From NCBI GenBank assembly GCA_964443405.1, contig CAYUDB010000001.1:2752-66751 (forward strand): a stretch of 64,000 nt of DNA, in the 5' to 3' direction. Below the pieces are notes generated by a model, which saw only the letters and a program-made list of their open reading frames with translations, had not been told where the DNA came from and searched no databases. The translations under genes were made by a program, and so were the position numbers. The stretch's first letter is position 1. Each line of letters begins with the position of its first letter. This document shows, one piece after another, positions 57,097 through 64,000 of the stretch. The DNA is from an uncultured bacterium. GTDB taxonomy: Bacteria; UBP14; UBA6098; B30-G16.

Positions 57097-57560
57097 GTTT
57101 GCACGATTACAAGTGGCTTTTGTAGAGTTACATGTTGGTTTTGTAAAGTTTTTAGTCGCTTTTGAAAAGTTTACAGTGACTTTTGCGGAGTTTCTGGTTA
57201 AGTTTGCAGAGTTTCAAATTGGTTTTAAGCAAAAACAAGTTGGTTACGAAAAAAATCGGGTTGATTTTGCAATGTTGCGCATGACGTCTGCACGACCGCC
57301 GATGGCTTCTGTAAAATTACGAGTGACACTTGAAAAATCGCGCGTTGCCTTTGTAAAATTGCTGACCATCTAAAATGAACTACGAGTGGAGCTTGCAAAA
57401 GTGCGAGTCGCTTCAGAAGAAATTACGGTTAGGTACGACGACTTGCGGAAAAGGTTTGCAGTGTTGCGGATGACATTAATTTTTCTGTGAACGGTATATA
57501 ATTTTTTGCGCGTAACACGCTATTTTTTGCGACAGCTGTTTGCAGAGATTTTTGTGCATC
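57097..57560. repeat. Array of ~20 tandem, degenerate 21-bp repeats (consensus roughly TTTTGYARAGTTTnnnGTKGRC) in a 1 kb non-coding region
   Basis: Strict 21-nt phasing seen directly. Examples: ttttgtagagttacatgttgg, ttttgtaaagtttttagtcgc, ttttgaaaagtttacagtgac, ttttgcggagtttctggttaa, gtttgcagagtttcaaattgg, ttttgcaatgttgcgcatgac. Confidence 0.7.
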
Positions 57561-57685
57561 TGGAAAAGTTTCGTATAAAAATAGTTATTTTTTGAATTGC
57601 AGTTGTTGTATTTTTCATTTAGTATAGCGTGACGCGAATGCAGTGGCGATTTGTGTTTTGCCTGTGAAAATTATTGCGTGCGGAG

Positions 57686-57961
57686 TTTGCAATTTCGCGC
57701 ACGACAGTGACTTGACAGACCATAAACTTTTACAAAGAGCGCATTACGTTTGAAAAACTGCGCATGAGATTTGTAACTTCGCGCAACGTTTTTGCAATAT
57801 CGCGAGTTGAATTTGTAATAACGCAACTCGTGCAAACCGTGTCGCGCATGAAATTTTTACACGTGCATGTCGCAATTGCAAAGCCTCGCGCGGTATTTGC
57901 AACTTCGCGCACGACAACTGCTTAACAAACTGTTAACTTTTACAAAGAGCGCGTAAAGTTT
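57686..57961. repeat. Second repeat family: two ~66-nt direct repeats (57686-57752 and 57895-57961, ~85% identical) flanking six or more 20-21-nt units of consensus TTTGCAAnnTCGCGCAnnnnn. Inverted partial copies occur at 58011-58040.
   Basis: Seen directly: tttgcaatttcgcgcacgacag..., tttgtaacttcgcgcaacgtt, tttgcaatatcgcgagttgaa, tttgcaacttcgcgcacgacaa... The shared block ends in acttttacaaagagcgc. Confidence 0.65.
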
Positions 57962-58090
57962 TTCAAAAAAAAAGTCGGGAAAAAAATTCTTCCCGCCATC
58001 GTGAAATTTTCGCGAACTGTGCGAAATTTTTTGCGAGCAATGAACTTAAAACTACGTTTGAGTTCGCATGCACCACGCGCGACGTTTAAA

Positions 58091-59461
58091 CTATTCCGCA
58101 TCGATTCCGTAATCTTTCAGTTTGTTGCGCAACGTGTTACGATGAACTCCCAAAATTCGCGCGGCTTCGGTTTGGTTGCGCGCGCAATGTTCGAGAACAG
58201 AAAGTATGTGTGTGCGTTCCATTTCCTCGAGCGTGCAAAATGTTTTGTCGTGTTCGCAAGGTTGCGCGCTGGGATTTTCTTGTGTCGCATCGGGTTGCAG
58301 AAAAAGCTCGGCGGGCAAAAGCTCGTTACGGGCGAGAATTACCGCTCGCTCGACGGCATTTTTAAGTTCCCGCACGTTTCCTGCCCACTGACGGCGAAGT
58401 ATGACGTCGCGCGCGTCGGGCGAAAAACCTTTCACGTCCTTGCCGTATTTTTGCGCGCAATTTTCGAGAAACATATCGGCGAGCGCAAGCAAATCCGCGC
58501 TGCGTTCGCGAAGTGGCGGAATGTGTATGCGTATGAGATTCAAGCGGTAAAACAAATCCTCGCGAAACGCGCCGCTTTTCACCATGCTCTCGATGTTGCG
58601 ATTGGTGGCGGATATAATACGCACGTCAGGTTGCACGTGTTCCGAGCCGCCGAGGCGATAAAACTTGCCGTCCTCGAGAAAACGCAACAGCTTTGCCTGC
58701 AAAATCGGGGGAAAATCGCCAATTTCATCGAGGAAAACGCTGCCGCCCGCGCCGAGTTCGAGCTTGCCCGCGGTGCGTTTTTTCGCGCCCGTGAAAGCCC
58801 CGCTCTCGTAACCGAAAAGCTCCGACTCGAGCAGGGTCTCGGGGATAGCTGCACAGTTGATAGCCATAAACGTGCGGTCGCGCCGCAAACTGCCCGCGTG
58901 AATCGCGCGCGCAATCACTTCCTTGCCGGTGCCGCTCTCGCCGGTTATCATGACGGGCGCGTCGGTTTCGGCAACTCGCGCCACAACGTTGAGAATTTCC
59001 TTCATGTGTGCCGATTCGGCAACTACGTTCAAAAATTGTTGCGCGTCGGTTAAAACATGTTGCAACTCACGGTTTTCCGTCATTTTCTGGCGTTTCTCAC
59101 ACAGCTGTTCGACAATGCGTTCAAGTTGTGCGATGTCAACGGGTTTCTCGAAAAAATCTGCGGCGCCCGCGCGCATGCCCTGCGCCGTTTTGCCGACTGT
59201 GGCATAAGCCGTGAGGATTATTGCGCCCAACTCGGGGTCTTTGGCACGCAACATGGCGAGCAAATCGACGCCCTCGCCGTCAGGCAAACGCAAATCGAGT
59301 ATCGCCACGTCGAAACCGTTGTGTTCGAAGAGCTTCATGGCGCTTGCGATGCTATCGGCAGTGCGCACAACATAGCCACGCTTAGCAAAAAAGCCTGCCA
59401 AAAGCTCACGTTGCGACGACTCATCATCCACTATAAGTAATTTGTAGTTCTTGCGTTCCAT
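58091..59461 (-). CDS. Second sigma-54-dependent transcriptional regulator (NtrC family)
   Basis: REC (LLIVDDE...DLRLPDGEG). AAA+ (GESGTGKE, ESGAFTGA, ISATNR). C-terminal HTH (QTEAARILGVHRNTLRNKL). Confidence 0.9.
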   Translation of the reverse strand: MERKNYKLLIVDDESSQRELLAGFFAKRGYVVRTADSIASAMKLFEHNGFDVAILDLRLPDGEGVDLLAMLRAKDPELGAIILTAYATVGKTAQGMRAGAADFFEKPVDIAQLERIVEQLCEKRQKMTENRELQHVLTDAQQFLNVVAESAHMKEILNVVARVAETDAPVMITGESGTGKEVIARAIHAGSLRRDRTFMAINCAAIPETLLESELFGYESGAFTGAKKRTAGKLELGAGGSVFLDEIGDFPPILQAKLLRFLEDGKFYRLGGSEHVQPDVRIISATNRNIESMVKSGAFREDLFYRLNLIRIHIPPLRERSADLLALADMFLENCAQKYGKDVKGFSPDARDVILRRQWAGNVRELKNAVERAVILARNELLPAELFLQPDATQENPSAQPCEHDKTFCTLEEMERTHILSVLEHCARNQTEAARILGVHRNTLRNKLKDYGIDAE

Positions 59462-59818
59462 GTTTTTCGCGGCAACTTTGTCGCATCGTCGTTAATAATT
59501 AAACCACAACTATTTTAAGGTATCAAGTTTTTACCGAAAATTTCCATACATTTTTGGGAGCGTAAGTTCTAATTCCCCATATCTAAAAGTGCTATCGAAA
59601 CTTAGAGCGTTGCGCAAAGAAAAGAGTCCGGTTTTGGTGCCGAGCAATGGTCGTATTGGTAACGCTTCCTATTCCATACTTTGCTACTTGAGGTGCCACG
59701 TGCATGCTAGCACAAGCCTTCAGCCGTTTCACCAGTTGCGCCAATCTCAAAACACTCGCCCCCTACTTTACAGCGCACGACGGCATTATCGGCAGAGTCG
59801 CGGGTTTGTGAGCACAGC

Positions 59819-60684
59819 TCAATACACGCGTTCTATGAAGAAATCGGCAAGCGAAACAAAACATTCGTTGCTGTGCCCGGGCAAAAGTGCCAGCTTTGCA
59901 TCGACAATGAGTTTTTGGGCAAGTGTTTGAGATTTCGCAATGCCGATCACTTTTGGATAAGTTGCCTTGTCTTGTTGAAGATCGGAGCCAATATCCTTGC
60001 CGAGTTTGGTCTGTTCGCCTTTGATATCGAGTATGTCGTCGATAATTTGGAATGCAAGCCCCAGATTTTGTGCATAGCGTGTGATCGATGCAAGTTCATT
60101 GGGGTGTGCGCCCGCCAAAATTGCACCGAGTCGCACAGATGTGACGAATAAGGCGGTGGTTTTGTGATTGTGAATGTACTCCACAGTGGGTAAATCTACG
60201 TCCTTACCAGCCATCTCGATGTCCACAACTTGCCCGCCCACAAGACCTTGCGTGCCAATAGCTGCCGCCACTTCGGCAATCACGCGCATGTTTTTGGTTT
60301 TTGCCAAAAGCTCAAAAGCCAAAGCATGAAGTGCATCGCCTGCCAAAATCGCCATGCCCTCACCGAAAACTTTGTGGCACGTGGGTTTGCCTCGTCGAAA
60401 ATTATCGTTGTCCATAGCGGGCAAATCGTCGTGGATGAGCGAATAAGTGTGAATTAGTTCGAGCGCACAGGCTGGCGGAAAAATTTTCTGCCCAGTGCCA
60501 CCTGCCCAACGAAAAGCCTCAATTGCCATAAATGGACGCAAGCGTTTGCCACCTGCAAAAACCGAATACCTCATCGCTTTGTAGATAGTTTGCGGTGGGG
60601 TATCTTCGCTGGGTATGAGCTTATCGAGCCAAGTGTTTATGATTGGCGTGTACATCAGCAATTTTTTTCTCGCACAGTTTTTCA
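59819..60684 (-). CDS. Polyprenyl diphosphate synthase (FPP/GGPP synthase, IspA-like)
   Basis: First and second aspartate-rich motifs (LIHDDLPAMDNDNFRRG; FQIIDDILD). The start is uncertain between 60684 and 60654; the ORF-track N-terminal extension is Arg-rich and non-protein-like. Confidence 0.75.
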
Positions 60685-60732
60685 TAAGCTTTGTGCCCGC
60701 AACGCATTTACGCTGCGGGCAAGTTTGTCGTT

Positions 60733-62739
60733 TTATGGGATGAGACGCATGATGACGCCTGCGTCGCCGCAAGTCCAGACATGAGTGGCATCGAGTGAGA
60801 AAACCGTGAGCAAATGTCTTTGGGTTATACCAGACATTTGCCTATACCATGTTTCGCCACCGTCAATAGTGTGCAAGATGTAACCGTAGTTTCCTACAAT
60901 CCACCCAGAGTTTTCGTTGATGAAAACGATGTCGTTGAACACACCCGAAAGATTGTTGACTATTTGTGAGGTTGTCCAAGTGGTGCCGCCATCTGTGGTG
61001 CGCATTATGAGATTGTCGCCACAAGCCCAGCCCTTGGTAGCGTTGAGGAAATAGATGCTGTAAACGCCGCTATTGGTTGGTGTGCTTTGAGGTGTCCATG
61101 TGGCGCCGCCGTCGGTGGTGCGCATAATTGTGCCAACTGCACCGCATACAAAGCCTTCGGTTGCGCTGATGAAATGCAGGTCCATGAGATCGGCGTGCAT
61201 TGCCAAATCGGTTACATTCCAACTGGCACCGCCGTCAGTTGTTTTGACGACAATGGCATTATCTTCGCGGTTGCGCCCAATAGCATAAGCAATGTTTTCA
61301 TCTATCATCTGCACGCGAGTGAAAAGTGCGATGGCAACAGTTGTATTTATCGCAGATGATGGCAAAACTCCCCAATGTTCGCCATTATCGGACGAGACGA
61401 TGATATTGCCCTGAGAACCCACAGCTATTGCTTTGCTGCCCTTCCATGCAACGTCGGCAATGGTAACATTGCGTGCATTGCCAAAAACTCTTTGCAAAAT
61501 CGTGTTTCCGCCGTCGTAAGATTTGTAAATTGCGCTCTCATTGCTCACAAAAATGCCTTCGTTGGCAGTTTTGAAAACAACGGAGTTGAGCGGCAATTTC
61601 GTGCCAAAATTTACACCTGTCCACGATGAGGCGTTGGCGGTGGCAAGGCGAATAGCACCTTTACCACGATAAGTGTCGTTAGCGGTTACAGTTGCCGTCG
61701 ATCCGTCGGCAGAAAAGTTCACACTTGTAACATCACCATAGATGCTCGGAACCATAGTGCGTGTCCAGGTATTGCCGCCGTCGGTGGAAACTGTAACTTC
61801 GCCCGCAGTGCCGCCAGCAACACCCACATTGCCCGCAAAATCGATGGCAAAAAGATAGTAGGATGAGGCTATCGCAGAAGAAACTGTTGCCCAGCTGCCG
61901 GTTAGTGAGGTTTTTACAATGCGACCGGCTTCGCCGCAAATGAAAAATGTAGTTTCGTTTTGTGCTGCAACACAATAGTAGCTAAAAGTATCGAGGCGTG
62001 CAGAGGATGTTATGCGGCGATATGTCCAGCTTGTGCCGCCATCAGTGGTGGTGAAATATACGGGTCCGGATGTTATGAGCATAGCTGTGCTAGTGTTTGA
62101 AAAGTCGAAAGATACAAGAGCATAGCTTGTGGTATCGAGTTCGGTGAAGTTCTTGGTGGTCCAAGTTCTGCCATTGTCGTTGCTCTTTATGAACGATGTG
62201 GAAGTAATTGCACCATAAGCTGTTCCAGAAACGTGGCGAACAAGTTTTATACGCGAATCGAGTAAGAAGCTTCCAGGCACAAATGTCCAATTTGCGCCGC
62301 CATCGGCAGTGTAGAACAAGCTTCTGTCGCCACCAGCAACGCCGTTTTGCGCATCGGCAAAATCGAAGCTGCGAACTGCTGCACCACTATCGGGCATTGA
62401 AAAAATATCGGGTGCGGTTATGTCTTTGACAAGTATGGTGTTCCAAGTGAGACCGGCATCGGTGCTCTTGTAAAATTTCCCTTCATCGCCACAGGCAAAG
62501 ATGGTCTGCCCACCTGCCGCCACCTCGCCCCAATACACTTCGGGCATAAGGTCGGAGTCGGTGTTGATTAGTTCCCAAGATGTGGAATCTTTGGGTACTG
62601 ATTCGTCGTCATCACCAGAATCGCAGCCCGAAAAAAACGTCGATGTGGCAAAAAGTGCCACCAAACCAAACACACACAATGAGCGATTTAGCCAATTGCG
62701 GCGTTTTGCCCCCTGCAAAACGAATAAACCGGTGCGCAT
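60733..62739 (-). CDS. BNR/Asp-box repeat (Ycf48-like beta-propeller) lipoprotein
   Basis: RBS AGGGGGG. Lipobox (FFSGCDSGDDDE). Repeated S/T-x-D-G-G-x-T-W units (TADGGANWT, TTDGGTSWT, STDGGNTWT, TTDGGASWN, TTDGGATWT, TTDGGTTWT, TIDGGETWY). Confidence 0.75.
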   Translation of the reverse strand: MRTGLFVLQGAKRRNWLNRSLCVFGLVALFATSTFFSGCDSGDDDESVPKDSTSWELINTDSDLMPEVYWGEVAAGGQTIFACGDEGKFYKSTDAGLTWNTILVKDITAPDIFSMPDSGAAVRSFDFADAQNGVAGGDRSLFYTADGGANWTFVPGSFLLDSRIKLVRHVSGTAYGAITSTSFIKSNDNGRTWTTKNFTELDTTSYALVSFDFSNTSTAMLITSGPVYFTTTDGGTSWTYRRITSSARLDTFSYYCVAAQNETTFFICGEAGRIVKTSLTGSWATVSSAIASSYYLFAIDFAGNVGVAGGTAGEVTVSTDGGNTWTRTMVPSIYGDVTSVNFSADGSTATVTANDTYRGKGAIRLATANASSWTGVNFGTKLPLNSVVFKTANEGIFVSNESAIYKSYDGGNTILQRVFGNARNVTIADVAWKGSKAIAVGSQGNIIVSSDNGEHWGVLPSSAINTTVAIALFTRVQMIDENIAYAIGRNREDNAIVVKTTDGGASWNVTDLAMHADLMDLHFISATEGFVCGAVGTIMRTTDGGATWTPQSTPTNSGVYSIYFLNATKGWACGDNLIMRTTDGGTTWTTSQIVNNLSGVFNDIVFINENSGWIVGNYGYILHTIDGGETWYRQMSGITQRHLLTVFSLDATHVWTCGDAGVIMRLIP

Positions 62740-63009
62740 GAAGCCCCCCTTTTATTTGAATTCAAAATCTCTCTGCTATTGCGCATAATTCTTTTTAATA
62801 TCGTCTTAACATGCGCGTTGTGCAAGAAAATTTATGCGATCACAGAAATTTCGCAGGCAATATTTTGCCAATACTAGGGGCATCTGCTCTAGCAAGAGTG
62901 CGCTGAATTTGCACGTATTTTGTCATTTCCGCACTCTGGAGAAACAAGTTGCTTGCACAATAACTACAGTATAAAATGTTGCTATAACCTATGATACCAT
63001 CGAAAGCAA

Positions 63010-64000
63010 ATGTCAACTGTGCGCATAGCTTTTTTGTCGGACACACATTTGGGAAACAGTTTCTCACGCGATGAAATCCGCAACTCCTATTGCGGAGAAG
63101 ATTATTTCTTTCGAGCATATCGTATTGCGCTCGAAATTGCACGCGAACGACAAGCAGATTTCATAGTTCACGGCGGAGATGTTTTTTATCGCAGCAAAAT
63201 TCCACCATACCTTGTTGACCTTGCTTTGACTCCACTTGTGGAACTAGCAATCGCGGGAATACCGGTGCTTGTTGTACCCGGAAATCACGAGAGATCGCAG
63301 ATACCTCGTTCACTTTTCACCACTCACCAAAACTTGCATATTTTCAGCGAACCTCGTTCCATCGTTTTGGAGAAAAACGGGTTGCGCATGTGTTTTGCAG
63401 GTTTTCCATACACAGCAGCGGTGCGTGCAAATTTTACATCATTGCTACGTCAAACGAACGCACACAAAACCGATGCGCACGTAAAATTTCTTGTGTTGCA
63501 TCAGCTTTTCGAAGGTTCAACAGTGGGACCGAGCGATTTCATGTTTACCAATCAACCGGATGTCATCGCTGCACACAATATGCCGAAAGGATTTGCTGCA
63601 GTCCTGTGTGGTCATGTGCATCGGCATCAGGTTTTGCGTGAAGATCTTTGGGGACAAAAACTTGCTTGCGAAGTTCTTTTTGCGGGTTCAACCGAACGCA
63701 CATCTTTTGCCGAGCTGAACGAAACGAAAGGTATTATCATGCTTGAACTTGCATCTGATGGCAGCTTTGAATGGGAATTTTGTCCACTGCCCGCGCGTCC
63801 TATGCATTCTGTGGTTCTTGACTGCGCAAATATGGATATTTTTGAGGCAACACAAAATCTTATTTCGCTGTTAAACCATTTTGAAGAAAATGCTTGCATA
63901 CGAGTTTGTTGTGTTTCGGCATCGCAGCAAGTGGAAAATGCTTTGCGTGCTTCTTTACGATCAGGCTTGTCGTCAAGCATGCAATGGATTCTTCTAAAAC
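63010..64000 (+). CDS. Calcineurin-like metallophosphoesterase, SbcD/Mre11-type nuclease family (3'-partial; continues past the window end)
   Basis: ATG at 63010. Motifs DTHLG, GGDVF and GNHE. The open frame runs to position 64000 without a stop. Confidence 0.7.
   Translation, partial: MSTVRIAFLSDTHLGNSFSRDEIRNSYCGEDYFFRAYRIALEIARERQADFIVHGGDVFYRSKIPPYLVDLALTPLVELAIAGIPVLVVPGNHERSQIPRSLFTTHQNLHIFSEPRSIVLEKNGLRMCFAGFPYTAAVRANFTSLLRQTNAHKTDAHVKFLVLHQLFEGSTVGPSDFMFTNQPDVIAAHNMPKGFAAVLCGHVHRHQVLREDLWGQKLACEVLFAGSTERTSFAELNETKGIIMLELASDGSFEWEFCPLPARPMHSVVLDCANMDIFEATQNLISLLNHFEENACIRVCCVSASQQVENALRASLRSGLSSSMQWILLK

Noticed and set aside
57083-57373. 96-aa TTG-initiated ORF with a perfect heptad periodicity (VAFARLQ VAFVELH VGFVKFL …)
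   Set aside because: The periodicity is a direct consequence of reading a 21-bp DNA tandem repeat. The repeat continues beyond the ORF's stop codon and in other frames, there is no RBS, and it abuts the start of the divergent gene. It is kept only as part of the repeat finding.
57097-57961. Possible CRISPR array
   Set aside because: The repeats are degenerate and contiguous with no unique spacers, and no cas genes are nearby. This is not CRISPR architecture.
58001-59053. 350-aa plus-strand ORF
   Set aside because: Antisense to the NtrC-family regulator, which has Walker A and GAFTGA motifs. Ala/Arg-rich from the GC-rich third positions of the real gene.

Overview
This 64 kb window is a gene-dense chromosomal segment, about 50% GC, most likely from a bacterium of the FCB superphylum. 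Four large secreted proteins end in a type IX secretion (T9SS) C-terminal sorting domain, and a PorV/PorQ-like outer-membrane protein is present. Most genes lie on the minus strand. I found no rRNA, tRNA, CRISPR array, transposase or integrase by eye.

Housekeeping genes are mutL, kbl (glycine C-acetyltransferase), dprA, coaBC, serS, the tldD/pmbA protease pair, an HD-GYP/GAF phosphodiesterase, a polyprenyl synthase and an SbcD-like phosphoesterase that runs off the 3' edge. Both window edges fall inside genes; a giant secreted Ig-repeat protein runs off the 5' edge.

The features that stand out are:
- A [FeFe]-hydrogenase hydCBA operon behind a candidate sigma-54 promoter. A histidine kinase whose sensor module is a degenerate H-cluster hydrogenase domain appears co-transcribed with it, followed by a CheY-like receiver and a REC-PAS hybrid kinase. 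A sigma-54 activator is encoded divergently.
- A 1 kb non-coding region built from about 20 phased 21-bp degenerate repeats plus a second repeat family, next to another sigma-54 activator.
- A six-gene membrane cluster of uncharacterised proteins ending in an NfeD/SPFH pair.
- A five-gene T9SS-associated operon: a giant TonB-dependent-receptor-like protein carrying calcium-binding repeat inserts, a CTD cargo protein, a PorV-like OMP, a lipoprotein and a PPC-domain protein.
- Several structured intergenic elements: three terminators that share one stem sequence, motifs shared between two separate intergenic regions, perfect 10-bp palindromes, and direct repeats upstream of an M4-like T9SS protease gene.

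All calls rest on reading the translations and sequence by eye, with no database searches. Coordinates of start codons were checked against the sequence where stated.
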